Part shown: in pieces, positions 18,871 through 32,948 of the stretch
Layout of the letters: every line of letters starts with the position of its first letter
Numbering within the stretch: the first letter of the stretch is position 1
Assembly: GCA_027035825.1 (NCBI GenBank)
Contig: JALVTX010000144.1
Location: 1 to 35,263, forward strand
Direction of reading: 5' to 3'
DNA: 35,263 bases
From: Mariprofundaceae bacterium
Lineage (GTDB): Bacteria > Pseudomonadota > Zetaproteobacteria > Mariprofundales > Mariprofundaceae
Program-made: the position numbers and the translations under genes
The notes under the pieces: model-generated
Database searches by the model: none
What the model was told of the DNA's origin: nothing
Seen by the model: only the letters and a program-made list of their open reading frames with translations

Positions 18871-19212
18871 ATGACAAAGCAGACGGCTGACAGCCAGACG
18901 GAGGCACAAGGTCAAACCGAGCCCAAGGTGATTTGGGATGACTCGGAGATGGTGAGCAGCTATGCCAATGTGGTGAACGCGACCAGCACGCGCGAGGAGT
19001 TCATGGTGTTTTTCGGCGTCAACCAGACTTGGAATCCAGCGCAGGCGGAGGTCGCGATCAAGCTGACCAATCGCATCGTGATGAGCCCCTTTGCCGCCAA
19101 GCGACTGAGCTTGATTCTGGCCAACGTTTTGCGCGAATACGAGGCCAATTTCGGCACGATCCCGCTGGATTTGCAGACCGTCCAGGAAACGGGGCGCGAG
19201 CAGCCGAACTGA
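18871..19212 (+). CDS. Small DUF3467-like protein (possible secretion chaperone/adaptor)
   Basis: WDDSEMVSSYANVVNATSTREEFMVFFG...RIVMSPFAAKRL...YEANFG pattern recalled for DUF3467. AAGGAG SD. Acidic, no signal peptide. Confidence 0.75.
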   Translation: MTKQTADSQTEAQGQTEPKVIWDDSEMVSSYANVVNATSTREEFMVFFGVNQTWNPAQAEVAIKLTNRIVMSPFAAKRLSLILANVLREYEANFGTIPLDLQTVQETGREQPN

Positions 19213-19235
19213 CGCGACCGGCGGGGTGACGCTGT

Positions 19236-21059
19236 GTGATGAAGGTTGAGGAAGGACGGGAGTCCTTCGAATTTCTGGATGCGGATGAGTGGCGGTCGCT
19301 CGCGGCCGCCGTTCCCGTGGGAGATTTCGCTTATTCTTGGTTGAATATCCTTTGCAGGATGCTTCCCCACGCACGAACCGGCGTGGTGGTGGTGCTGACG
19401 GATGGAGAATTCTCCGTTCTCGCGCAATGGCCGGAGCAAGGCGCGGATGTCCCCCGCGCGCTTCGGGATGTCGTGGAGGCGGCGCTCGATGAGAGAACCG
19501 CCACCATCCTTCGAGAGGCAAACGCCTCAACAACCGCCATGGCTTATCCGATCTTTTCCGCGGACGAGATCCATGCCGTGGCGGGGCTGCTGATGGCGGA
19601 CGCCTCGCCGGTGCAGATTCAGAGCGCGATGCGCCTCATGCAATGGGGCGGAGGGTGGTTGCAGTCCCGCGGCGCACGCGAAGCCGGGATGGAGACGGAT
19701 GAACGGGCGTTGTCCATTCTGTCCGCCGTGCTGGAGAGGCAATCCTTTTGGGAAGCCGTTCATGCGCTGGTGACGGAACTTGCGCTTGCCTGGTCATGCG
19801 AGCGCGTTTGCTTTGGGCGCTTGCGCAAGAACGGCGAGGCCAGACTGGAAGCGACGTCATTCCAGTCCGATTTCGATCGGAGGACGCGCCACACTCGCGA
19901 GATCGAAACGGTGATGGATGAGGTGCTTGCCGAAGGCGAGGCCATCCGATGGCCCGAGGACGATGCGGATGAATTGCTCATTGCCCATCGGCAATACGCC
20001 AAATCGCGCGGAGCTGTCTTTCTGCTGGGTTTCCCCGTGTTCGTGAATCAACGCCCGTGGGGCGTGTTGCTCCTGGAGAGGGATGATCGGCCGTTCTCGG
20101 AACGTGAGAAGAACGCGATAGCCGTTGTCTGCGACCTGGTCGGACCGTGGCTGAAGCTGACGGCCGAGGCGGGGCAATCGTTGCCATCGGTCGCCCTTCA
20201 GCGGTTCCGGCGGCAGTGGAGCAGGTTGTTCGGCTCCGGTTATTGGCTGCGCAAGGCGTTGGTCGCGGGGCTGAGCGTCGCGCTGCTGGCGCTTGCGGCG
20301 GTTCCGGGCGAATTCCGAATTGGCGGCGAGGCCACGCTGGAGGGGCTCTCGCAGCGTATCGTCGCCGCGCCATTCGATGGCTATGTTGACAAGGCATTTG
20401 TCCGGGCCGGAGATCGGGTGAAAAAGGGGCAGGCGCTTTGCCGCATGGATGAGCGGGATTTGCGCCTGGAGGAGAGCAAGTGGCTTTCCAAGCTGGCCGA
20501 GGCGAGAGACGCGTACCGGAAGGCATTGGCGGATCGGGACAAGGTGAAGATCCGCGTGGGTCAGGCGCGGGTTCGGCAAGCCGAGGCGGAGCTGGCGCTC
20601 GTGCGGAGGAAATTGTCTCGCATGGTGCTTCGGGCGCCCTTCGACGGTCTGGTGGTGAAAGGCGACTTGAGCCAGGCGCTGGGCAGCCCGAAACGCAAGG
20701 GGGAGGAGCTTTTCACGATTGCCCCGGTCAACCAGTACAGGGTGGCCGTGTTTATCCCGGAATACGATGTGGCGAACGCCGCCATTGGGCAGGCGGGAGA
20801 ATTGAGGCTGGCCGCCATGCCCTCGCGCCCCTTGCGGGTGCGACTGGCCCGGTTGACGTCCGTGGCGGAGGTTAAGGACGGAATCAACACATTCCGGGCG
20901 GAAGCGATGCTTGTTCAAGGAACGAATCACGCGCATGCGCTGAGGCCAGGTCTGAAAGGCGTATGCAAGTTCATTGTGGATCGCCGCGCCATCGGATGGA
21001 TATGGTTCCATCATTTGTGGCAATGGCTGCGGTTGAAGTTCTGGGAGTGGACGCCCTGA
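19236..21059 (+). CDS. HlyD-family membrane fusion protein with N-terminal GAF-like cytoplasmic domains
   Basis: About 330-aa N-terminal region with GAF-like features (LGFPVFVNQRPWGVLLLER), one TM helix, split lipoyl motifs VAAPFDGYVDKAFVRAGDRVKKGQALC and LRAPFDGLVV around a coiled coil, and LRPGLKG. GTG 19236 or ATG 19239. Confidence 0.82.
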   Translation: MMKVEEGRESFEFLDADEWRSLAAAVPVGDFAYSWLNILCRMLPHARTGVVVVLTDGEFSVLAQWPEQGADVPRALRDVVEAALDERTATILREANASTTAMAYPIFSADEIHAVAGLLMADASPVQIQSAMRLMQWGGGWLQSRGAREAGMETDERALSILSAVLERQSFWEAVHALVTELALAWSCERVCFGRLRKNGEARLEATSFQSDFDRRTRHTREIETVMDEVLAEGEAIRWPEDDADELLIAHRQYAKSRGAVFLLGFPVFVNQRPWGVLLLERDDRPFSEREKNAIAVVCDLVGPWLKLTAEAGQSLPSVALQRFRRQWSRLFGSGYWLRKALVAGLSVALLALAAVPGEFRIGGEATLEGLSQRIVAAPFDGYVDKAFVRAGDRVKKGQALCRMDERDLRLEESKWLSKLAEARDAYRKALADRDKVKIRVGQARVRQAEAELALVRRKLSRMVLRAPFDGLVVKGDLSQALGSPKRKGEELFTIAPVNQYRVAVFIPEYDVANAAIGQAGELRLAAMPSRPLRVRLARLTSVAEVKDGINTFRAEAMLVQGTNHAHALRPGLKGVCKFIVDRRAIGWIWFHHLWQWLRLKFWEWTP

Positions 21060-21068
21060 CGAGGGAGC

Positions 21069-23217
21069 ATGGTGGAACGAACCTACAGTGAACAATGGCA
21101 TCGGGTGGAGCAGCTCAGGCCCCGGCTGGCCCCGCATGTTCATGTTGGAAGACAGCGGTTGCGAGGTCGGGAGTGGTTTGTCCTTCATGACGAGACGACG
21201 GGCAAATCCTTTCGCATGTCGCCGGAGGCATTTGAGGTGGTTCGTCGTTTCAACGGTCGCCGGAGCCTGGCCGACATTTGGGAGGGATTGCGATCGCCGG
21301 ACAATTCCGAGGACAGCGTAACATCCCAAGACGAGGTCATCCGCCTGCTGGGCCAGCTGCACAAGGCCGACATGCTGATCGTGGATGCCGCCGGCAATAT
21401 CACGGAACGCGTCCATCGGCGCCGGAAGCGAAAGCGGGACAAATGGGTTTCGCAACTGGCCAATCCGCTCGCCCTGCGGATTCCGCTTTTCGACCCTGAC
21501 CGGCTGTTGGGGCGCTTGATGTCCTTCTCCAGGCCATTGCTGGGCTGGGCGGGTCTTGCGGCATGGTGCGTCGCCATGGCGTGGCTCATTGTCATGGCCG
21601 GGGTGCATTGGGATGAATTGACCAGGAATATTGGCGATCGAATCCTTTCGGGCCAGAACATCATGCTGATGGCGGTTTGTTATCCACTCCTCAAGCTGGT
21701 TCATGAATTGGGACATGGCCTTTTGGTGAAGAAATGTGGGGGAGAGGTGCATGTGCTTGGCGTCATGCTGCTGGTCATGATGCCCGTTCCATATGTGGAT
21801 GCGTCGGCCGCTTCCGCCTTTCGTCTTGCCCGGCAGCGGGCGCTCGTGGGGTTGGCCGGCGTGATGGCGGAAACATGGATTGCGGCGGGCGCCATGTGGG
21901 TGTGGCTTCATGTGTCCGGCGGCGTCGTGCATGCGGCCGCCTACACCATCATGCTGTTGGTTCTGGTTTCCTCCTTGCTGTTCAACCTGAATCCCTTGCT
22001 TCGGTTTGATGCCTACTATGTCGTGAGCGATCTGCTTGGCATGCCGAACCTGGCGCAAAGGGCGAATGCCTATGCGGGATACCTGATGCGCCGCTATTTG
22101 TTCGGCGTTCGAAGCGCGCGAACTCCGGCCACGGGGCCGGGGGAGGAGGCATGGCTTCTGCTCTATGCGGTCGCATCGTTCGCATACCGCGTTTTTCTCT
22201 GCGGAGCGCTGACATATCTTCTTGCCGGGAAATATTTCGTGTTCGGCCTTGTATTGGCGGCATGGCTCGTGGTTGTCATGTTTCTGTTCCCCCTTGCGCG
22301 GTCTCTGAGGAATCTCTGGCTTGATCCGGAGATGCAGAAAAGGCGGGGAAAGGCGTTATCCATGCTGGGCGGCGGGGCTCTGGCCGGGTTTGTCGTTTTT
22401 TTCTGGATACCGTTTCCTCATTGGATGGTCGCGCAGGGCGTGATCTGGCCGCCCGAGGGCAGCAGATTGGTGGCGGGGGCCTCCGGCTTTGTCCGGGCAT
22501 TGCACGTCAAGGACGGGGAACATGTCCAAAGAGGCCAGTCCATTCTGGATATGGTCGCTCCCGAATTGAGGGCGCGTCAACGCATTCTGAAAGCGCAGCT
22601 TGAGGCGATGGCCGTTGAGCATAGGGACTCCATGCTGGGTGACAGGCTTGTCCACGCAAAGACCGCCCAGGAAATTAATCACTTGCGGGATCGCTTGCGC
22701 GATATCAATGACAGGATCTCCGCCTTGACGATTCTCAGCCGTCAATCAGGGGTGATGTATTTCAGGCTGCCATGGCGAGATTTGCCGGGACGTTATCTGC
22801 CCAAGGGAGCGTTGATTGGTCATGTGCTGGGCGCGGACGAGGCGCCGTTGGTTCGGGTGCTTGTTTCGCATGATCGAATCGAGGACTTTCTTGTCGGACT
22901 GAAAGGGGTGGAAGTGAGGCTTCCCCACGCCGAGGCGACATATCCGGCGCGCCTGATTCGCCTTCATCCCGAGGCATTGCGCGAAATTCCATCGCTTGCC
23001 TTGACCAGGGAAGGAGGCGGGGAAATCGATGCCGATATGCGCGACAAGACGCGTCCCGTCGCGGTGGAGCCCCTGTTTCAGCTGGACGTGAGCTACCCCG
23101 AGGCCGCCGGGTTTGCGCGCATCGGCGAGCGGGCGTACGTCAAGTTCCGGTTTGTTGACGCTCCGCTCGGGCAACGACTCCTGAAGTGGGTGCGAAGGAC
23201 GTTCCTGGGGCGTTCGC

Positions 23218-23225
<8 letters not shown>
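21069..23225 (+). CDS. Fusion of PqqD-like N-terminal domain, M50 (site-2) membrane zinc metalloprotease and HlyD-like adaptor domain
   Basis: HELGH (His codon at 21702) and NLNPLLRFDAY (M50 NxxPxxxxD motif) within a multi-TM region. N-terminal WFVLHD...FRMSPEAFEVVRRFNGRRSLADI...LLGQLHKADML resembles a PqqD/winged helix. C-terminal ASGFVRALHVKDGEHVQRGQ plus coiled coil. Confidence 0.82.
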
Positions 23226-25172
<1,947 letters not shown>

Positions 25173-25176
<4 letters not shown>

Positions 25177-25943
25177 AGGGGTGGCGACGCGGATGCGCGC
25201 TGTTGGGCATTCTTCTCGCGCAAGGATCTACGGCGATAGGGAAGGAGTATGACTGTGTCATAGCCCCTCACCGAATCGTCAAGGTCAGCGCGGCGGCACC
25301 AGGGGTGATTCGCAAGGTGAACGTGGAACGCGGCGATCGTGTCCGCAAGGGGAGCGTGCTGTTTCAACTCGACGCAAGGGTGCGCGAGGCGGAAACGGCG
25401 CTGGCCAAGGTGAAAATGGAGTACGCCCAACGCGAGGTCAGACGCAATCTGGGAATGCGGAAGGAAGACCTCATTTCCGAAAGCAAGATGGATGAATTGA
25501 GGAATCGCCTGGCCCTGGCCAAGGCCGAACTCCGGGTGGCCCAGGCCAGGCTCGCGCAATACACCGTTCGCAGTCCCATCGACGGGGTGGTGCTCGAGCA
25601 ACATCATTTTGCAGGCGAGTTCGTCCGCGAGGACTATGTGCTCAAATTGGCGCAAACCAATCCCTTGAACGTGGAAACCGTTTTGCCGGCTGCGGTCGCG
25701 CTGGGATTGCGTCCCGGGGAGCGAGTCCCGGTATTGCTGGGGCCTCGCGGGGAGGAACGCGCCGGAGAGGTGCGCATCGTTGAGCCTGTCATTGATTCCG
25801 CCAGCGGCACGGTTGGAGTCCAGCTTCGTCTGGAGAACGCGCAAGGCGCGGTGCGAGCAGGCGCGGCGTGTCGCATTCGACTTGATGACGGCGGAAAACA
25901 TGAGAGCGGTTTGGTTCAAGATGGGGCGGGCGTCAGCCAATGA
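25173..25943 (+). CDS. Periplasmic adaptor (RND/HlyD-type membrane fusion protein)
   Basis: ATG 25173 overlaps the SecA-like stop (ATGA) after GGAGGA. Signal peptide; PGVIRKVNVERGDRVRKGSVLFQLD and VRSPIDGVV lipoyl halves; IEP-like VEPVIDSASGT motif. Confidence 0.87.
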
Positions 25944-25952
25944 AACTTCGCC

Positions 25953-25981
25953 TTGCCCGGCGGGGGTCGCGCGTCTATAGT
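25953..25981 (+). promoter_or_regulatory. Sigma70-type promoter for rpsP-rimM-trmD
   Basis: TTGCCC-N17-TATAGT followed by a GC-rich discriminator (GCGCCGCC), typical of ribosomal-protein promoters. Confidence 0.7.
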
Positions 25982-26013
25982 GCGCCGCCTGATTTTCTGG
26001 AGGTGTTGATTTT

Positions 26014-26454
26014 ATGGCAACCGTGATTCGTTTGCAGCGTGGCGGGCGCAAGAAACGGCCGTTCTATTCCGTGGTGGTGATGGACTCGCGAGCCCGTCGC
26101 GATGGCGCCTTCATCGAGAAGGTGGGCTATTTCGACCCCTGCCGCGAGCCGGATGTCATCGAGCTGAACGTGGAGCGCATTCGCGCCTGGGAAGAGCAGG
26201 GCGCGCAGATTTCTCCGCGCGTGGCCAGCCTCGTGAAGCGCTTCGAGAACCCGGAACTGGTCGAGAAGGAGAAGGCCAGGGCCGAGGCCAAGGCCGCCGC
26301 CAAGGCGGAAGCGGAGGCCCGCGCCGCCGCCGAAGCCGCTGCCAAGGCCGAGGAAGAGGCCAAGGCTGCCGAGGAAGCGACCGCGGAGGCCGAGTCTGGT
26401 GAGGCCGCCGAGGAGGACGCCGCCGGCGAGGGCGAGGAGCAGGCCGACGCCTGA
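26014..26454 (+). CDS. rpsP: 30S ribosomal protein S16 with Ala/Glu-rich C-terminal extension
   Basis: [42 protein letters not shown]...[16 protein letters not shown]. Confidence 0.97.
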   Translation: MATVIRLQRGGRKKRPFYSVVVMDSRARRDGAFIEKVGYFDPCREPDVIELNVERIRAWEEQGAQISPRVASLVKRFENPELVEKEKARAEAKAAAKAEAEARAAAEAAAKAEEEAKAAEEATAEAESGEAAEEDAAGEGEEQADA

Positions 26455-26989
26455 GCGTTTTCTTCACATCGGTGAAATCACGCGCCCGCATGGACTGAAG
26501 GGGGCGCTGGTCGTTTTTTCGCATACCCGGCCTGCCATCGGCATTGCCGGGTATTCTTTTTGGTGGGTGGGGCCGTCCGCCGGGGCGGCGAAGCGCCACC
26601 GCGTCATCCGGTGCTGGCAGCATGGCCGGCGCATTCTGGCGCAGCTCGAGGGCGTTGATGATGTGGCCGCGGCCGAGGCGCTGCGCGGCGCCCGGATATG
26701 GATTCCGGCCGAGGCCGTGGACGTGGCCGAGGACGAATACCTCTGGGCCGATCTCATCGGTTGCGACGTGGTGCGCGAGGACGGCAGCCTGGTGGGGCGC
26801 GTGACTGCGCTCTCGGATTTCGGCGCCCAGGACATCCTGCTGGTGCGCGCGCCGGCCGAAACCGGGCGGCCGGGCGAGTGGATGCTGCCGTTCACCGAAC
26901 AGGTGGTGCGCGAGGTGGACGTGGCCGCGCGGCGCATCGTCGTTGTCCTGCCGGAAGGGATGGATGCATGTTTCACGCCCAGATCCTGA
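26399..26989 (+). CDS. rimM: Ribosome maturation factor RimM (start uncertain: GTG 26399 or non-canonical ACG 26447)
   Basis: [36 protein letters not shown] and [13 protein letters not shown] motifs; position between rpsP and trmD. Confidence 0.92.
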   Translation: MRPPRRTPPARARSRPTPERFLHIGEITRPHGLKGALVVFSHTRPAIGIAGYSFWWVGPSAGAAKRHRVIRCWQHGRRILAQLEGVDDVAAAEALRGARIWIPAEAVDVAEDEYLWADLIGCDVVREDGSLVGRVTALSDFGAQDILLVRAPAETGRPGEWMLPFTEQVVREVDVAARRIVVVLPEGMDACFTPRS

Positions 26990-27699
26990 CGCTGTTTCCC
27001 GAGTTTTTTGATTCGCCACTGTCCTGCTCGATTCCGAAGCGGGCGATCGAGGCAGGGCTGGCGCGGGTGGACTGCATCCAGATGCGGGACTTCGCCACCG
27101 ACCGGCATCGCACGGTGGACGATGCGCCCTACGGCGGCGGGCCGGGCATGGTGCTCAAGCCCGAGCCGGTGGTGGCGGCCATCCGCGAGGCCCGGCGCCG
27201 GCATGCGGACACCCGCGTGGTGATGCTGACGCCCGGCGGCCGCCGGTTCACGCAGGACGTGGCGCTGGAATACGCCGCCAGTCCCGGCGTCACGTTGCTG
27301 TGCGGGCGATACGAGGGATTTGACGAGCGCATTTGCGATTACGTGGACGAGCAGCTCTCGCTGGGCGATTATGTGCTCTCGGGCGGGGAACCGGCGGCGC
27401 TCTGCGTGCTGGACGCCGTCATCCGGCTGTTGCCGGGCGTGCTGGGCAGCCCGGAATCGGCGGTGCTGGATTCCTTCACCGAGGAGGGCATTCTCGACTG
27501 GCCGCACTATACGCGGCCGGAGGTCTTCGAGGGCAAGCGGGTGCCCCAGGTGCTGCTTTCGGGCAACCATGCCGAGATCGAGCGCTGGCGACGCGAGCAG
27601 GCCCGGCTGCGCTCGGAGGCGCGGCGACGCCTGTGCGAGAAAGCGCGGGAGGAAACGCGGAAAGGAGCGCAGAAAAAAGATTCGGGACAGGGGGATTGA
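26968..27699 (+). CDS. trmD: tRNA (guanine-N1)-methyltransferase
   Basis: [56 protein letters not shown] and VPQVLLSGNHA. ATG at 26968 overlaps the rimM end. Confidence 0.97.
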   Translation: MFHAQILTLFPEFFDSPLSCSIPKRAIEAGLARVDCIQMRDFATDRHRTVDDAPYGGGPGMVLKPEPVVAAIREARRRHADTRVVMLTPGGRRFTQDVALEYAASPGVTLLCGRYEGFDERICDYVDEQLSLGDYVLSGGEPAALCVLDAVIRLLPGVLGSPESAVLDSFTEEGILDWPHYTRPEVFEGKRVPQVLLSGNHAEIERWRREQARLRSEARRRLCEKAREETRKGAQKKDSGQGD

Positions 27700-27723
27700 A
27701 AGCGGCGCTGGCCGACCCCACAG
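27696..27723 (+). promoter_or_regulatory. Sigma32 (RpoH)-type heat-shock promoter upstream of grpE
   Basis: TTGAAA-N14-CCCCACAG; the -35 box overlaps the trmD stop codon. Confidence 0.7.
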
Positions 27724-27784
27724 AGGATGAGGCCCGCGAAGCGCGCGGCCAAGTCTGGAGAACAGCATCATCAGGAGCATTCCA

Positions 27785-28444
27785 TTGAGCAAGCCATCGA
27801 ACAAGCCGAACAAGAAGGCCGCCGGCAAGCAGCAGGGCAAGGCCTCGCCGGAAGCGCCGGAGCGGCAGGCGGCGGAAGCGGAGGCCCTCGAAGAGCCCTT
27901 GGAAGAACAGGCGGGCGGGGACGAGGAGCTCCGGAAGGAGCTGGCCGAGGCGCGCGAGGAAATCGAGCGGCTGAAGGACAAGCTGCTGCGCGCCCATGCC
28001 GAGATGGACAACCTGCGCAAGCGCACCGAGCGGCAGATCGAGGAGGCGCGCAAGTACGCCATCGAGAAGTTCGCCCTGGCGCTCTTGGACGTGGTGGACA
28101 ACCTGGAGCGGGCGCTGGCCGTGGAAGAAGGCAACGAGGCCGCGCTGCGCGAGGGGCTGAAGATGACGCTGGATGCCTGGCACGCGGTGATGCGCAAGTT
28201 CGAGATGGAGCGCATTGACGCCGTGGGCCAGCCGTTCGACCCGCATCATCACGAGGCGTTGTCGCACATGCCGAGCGAGGAGCATCCCGAGGGCGTGGTG
28301 GCGGCCCAGCACGTGGCGGGCTACAAGCTCAGCGGCCGGCTGCTGCGGCCGGCGAGGGTGCTGGTTTCCTCCGGCGCGCCGGGCGGGGGCGACGAGCAGG
28401 AACAGAAGGAAAACGAGGCGCCGCCGAAGTCCGACAAGGCGTAG
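27785..28444 (+). CDS. grpE: Nucleotide exchange factor GrpE
   Basis: LLRAHAEMDNLRKR, LLDVVDNLERAL, FDPHHHEA and GYKLSGRLLRPARVLVS. TTG start after AGGAG. Confidence 0.96.
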   Translation: MSKPSNKPNKKAAGKQQGKASPEAPERQAAEAEALEEPLEEQAGGDEELRKELAEAREEIERLKDKLLRAHAEMDNLRKRTERQIEEARKYAIEKFALALLDVVDNLERALAVEEGNEAALREGLKMTLDAWHAVMRKFEMERIDAVGQPFDPHHHEALSHMPSEEHPEGVVAAQHVAGYKLSGRLLRPARVLVSSGAPGGGDEQEQKENEAPPKSDKA

Positions 28445-28461
28445 GCCGGCGCGGGTTCAGG

Positions 28462-28490
28462 CTTGAAACCTTCCATTCCCGCCCCCATAG
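28462..28490 (+). promoter_or_regulatory. Sigma32 (RpoH)-type heat-shock promoter upstream of dnaK
   Basis: CTTGAAA-N14-CCCCATAG, a close match to the sigma32 consensus. Confidence 0.82.
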
Positions 28491-28551
28491 AGAGTGAGCG
28501 GAACAAAACAGGAAGAAAACCGGAAACAAACCAAACAACGGGAGAAGCGAC

Positions 28552-30477
<1,926 letters not shown>

Positions 30478-30620
30478 GCCGCCGGGCCTTGGCGGTGACT
30501 GGCTGGCACGCCTCCGCGTGGCGCATCCGGGGCAACGGGCGTCGCGCGGGGGCGGCTGGCGTATTTGAAGAAGAAGATTGAGGAAGGCTGAGAAACAGGA
30601 ACGAAAAAGAGAGGGGCGCT

Positions 30621-31763
30621 GTGCCAACCAAACGCGATTATTACGAGATTCTGGGCGTGTCCCGCGACGCGGACATCAACGAGATCAAGCGCGCCTACCG
30701 CAAGCTGGCGATGAAGTATCACCCCGACCGCAACAAGGATGACGCGGAGGCGGCGGAGAAGTTCCGCGAGGTGACCGAGGCGTACGAGGTGCTCTCCGAT
30801 GCGGAGAAGCGCAAGCGCTACGACCAGTACGGCCACGCCGGCGTGGACGACCAGATGCAGGATTTCTGGAGCCGGGGCGGCTTCCAGGAGTCGCACGCCT
30901 TCCGCGACTTCGGCGACGTGTTCGGCGACATCTTTGGCGACATCTTCGGGTTTGGCGGCGCGCGCAGCGGTCGCGGCGCGGACTTGCGCTACCAGCTGGA
31001 GCTGAGCCTGGAGGATGCGGCCCGCGGACGCGAGGTGGAGCTGGAGATTCCCAAGCAGATGACCTGCGACACCTGTCACGGCAGCGGCGCGCGGCCCGGC
31101 ACCAGCCCCGTGCCGTGCCGCACCTGCGGCGGCCACGGGCAGGTGCAGATGCAGCAGGGATTCTTCGCGATCCGCCGCACCTGTCCCGAGTGCCACGGGC
31201 AGGGCGTGCGCATTGAGTCGCCCTGCGTCGCCTGCGGCGGTGCGGGCCGGGTGCGCCGGAGCAAGAAGTTGAAGGTGCGCATTCCGCCCGGCGTCTATGA
31301 TGGCGCGCAGGTGCGCGTGGCCGGCGAGGGCGAGGCCGGCGTGCAGGGCGGGCCGCCGGGCGATTTGTACATCGTCGTGCGGCTGAAGAAGCACCCCATC
31401 TTCGAGCGCGATGGCGCCGACCTCTACTGCGACATGCCCATCACCTTCCCGCAGGCGGCGCTGGGCGCGGAGGTGGAGGCGCCGACGCTGGAGGGTCGGG
31501 TGAAGATTCGCATCCCGGCCGGCACCCAAGGCGGCAAGGTGTTCCGCGTGCGCGGCAAGGGCGTGCCTGACATTCGCGAGAACCGCACCGGCGATCTCTA
31601 CGTGCGGGTGCGAATTGCCGTGCCCAAGCGCCTGAGCAAGCGGCAGGAGGAGTTGTTGCGCGAGTTCGCTGCGGAAACGGGGGACGAGGTCTATCCTGAA
31701 CGGGCCTCGTTCCTGGACAAGGTGAAGCGATTCTGGGACGACCTGGCGGGGGATGTGCGATGA
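30621..31763 (+). CDS. dnaJ: Chaperone DnaJ
   Basis: J domain with HPD, G/F region and four CxxCxGxG zinc-finger repeats. GTG start. Confidence 0.98.
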   Translation: MPTKRDYYEILGVSRDADINEIKRAYRKLAMKYHPDRNKDDAEAAEKFREVTEAYEVLSDAEKRKRYDQYGHAGVDDQMQDFWSRGGFQESHAFRDFGDVFGDIFGDIFGFGGARSGRGADLRYQLELSLEDAARGREVELEIPKQMTCDTCHGSGARPGTSPVPCRTCGGHGQVQMQQGFFAIRRTCPECHGQGVRIESPCVACGGAGRVRRSKKLKVRIPPGVYDGAQVRVAGEGEAGVQGGPPGDLYIVVRLKKHPIFERDGADLYCDMPITFPQAALGAEVEAPTLEGRVKIRIPAGTQGGKVFRVRGKGVPDIRENRTGDLYVRVRIAVPKRLSKRQEELLREFAAETGDEVYPERASFLDKVKRFWDDLAGDVR

Positions 31764-32563
31764 TGCGAGTGATTGTGACCGGCGCTTCCGGGCGCATGGG
31801 GCGGATGCTGGTTCGCGCCGTGGCCGAGCGCGACGACGCGGAACTGGTGGGCGCGACGGAAAAGGCTGGCTCGGTGCTGGTGGGAACGGATGCCGGCAAG
31901 CTGGCCGGCGCGGGTTCGCTCGGCGTGCCGCTGGTGGACGACGTGACGAAGCTGCCGGAGGCCGACGTGCTGATTGACTTCACCACGCCGGAGGCCTGCC
32001 TCGATTACGCGCGGCTGGCGGCGGAGCGCGGCCTGCGCATGGTCATCGGCACCACCGGCCATGACGCGCTTCAGATGGAGGCGCTGCGCCAGACGCTTGC
32101 GTCCACGCCGGTGGTGATGGCGGCCAACTACTCGGTGGGCGTGAACCTGGCGCTGCAACTGATTCGCCAAGCGGCGCGGGTGCTGGGGCCGGAATACGAC
32201 GCCGAGATCTTCGAGGCTCATCACCGGCACAAGGTGGACGCGCCCAGCGGCACGGCGCTGGCCATGGGCCGATCGCTGGCCGATGGCCGCGGCGTGAAGC
32301 TGGAGGACGTGGCCGTCTATGCGCGCGAGGGCATCACCGGGGCGCGCGAGCCCGGCAGCATTGGCTTTGCCGTGGTGCGCGCCGGCAGCATCGTGGGCGA
32401 GCACAAGGCGATGTTCGTTTCCGACGAGGAGCGGGTGGAGATTGGCCACATCGCCAGCGACCGCATGGTGTTCGCCAAGGGCGCGGTGCGCGCCGCACGC
32501 TGGCTGATGGACAGGCCGGCGGGCTGGTATGGCATGGAGCACGTGCTGGGCTTTGCCGAATGA
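31760..32563 (+). CDS. dapB: 4-hydroxy-tetrahydrodipicolinate reductase
   Basis: [33 protein letters not shown] and FAKGAVRAA motifs. Confidence 0.97.
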   Translation: MMRVIVTGASGRMGRMLVRAVAERDDAELVGATEKAGSVLVGTDAGKLAGAGSLGVPLVDDVTKLPEADVLIDFTTPEACLDYARLAAERGLRMVIGTTGHDALQMEALRQTLASTPVVMAANYSVGVNLALQLIRQAARVLGPEYDAEIFEAHHRHKVDAPSGTALAMGRSLADGRGVKLEDVAVYAREGITGAREPGSIGFAVVRAGSIVGEHKAMFVSDEERVEIGHIASDRMVFAKGAVRAARWLMDRPAGWYGMEHVLGFAE

Positions 32564-32913
32564 CGGCCGTTCTCTGGGGCATCCGCCAGTGCGACACCAT
32601 GCGCAAGGCCATGCGCTGGCTGGACGCGCGCGGCGTGGGCTGGACGTTCCGCGACTATCGCGACCCGCCCGTGGATGACGAGACGCTGCTCCGCTGGGCG
32701 GCTACCTCGGGCTGGGAGCGGCTGCTGAACCGGCGCGGCCTGACCTGGCGCAAGCTGGATGCGGACGCCCGCGCCGACCTGGACGCGGAGAAGGCCCTTG
32801 GCCTGATGCGGGAGCATCCGACGCTCATCAAGCGGCCGGTGCTGGAGCTGGATGACGGGCGCGTGGAGATCGGCTTTTCGCCGGAACGCTACGCGGCCCT
32901 CTTCCACGATTGA
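32560..32913 (+). CDS. yffB: ArsC/Spx-family protein (YffB-like)
   Basis: GIRQCDTMRKA...DYR...GWERLLNRRGLTWRKL...PTLIKRPVL...GF. ATGA overlap with dapB. Confidence 0.85.
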   Translation: MTAVLWGIRQCDTMRKAMRWLDARGVGWTFRDYRDPPVDDETLLRWAATSGWERLLNRRGLTWRKLDADARADLDAEKALGLMREHPTLIKRPVLELDDGRVEIGFSPERYAALFHD

Positions 32914-32948
32914 GGCCCGGAGTCAGGCCTCGCCCCGTGTCGCGATCC

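Noticed and set aside
30478..30620. Intrinsic terminator or sRNA between dnaK and dnaJ
   Set aside because: Only a short CCGCC/GGCGG stem without a U-tract, followed by a purine-rich leader; not enough support.
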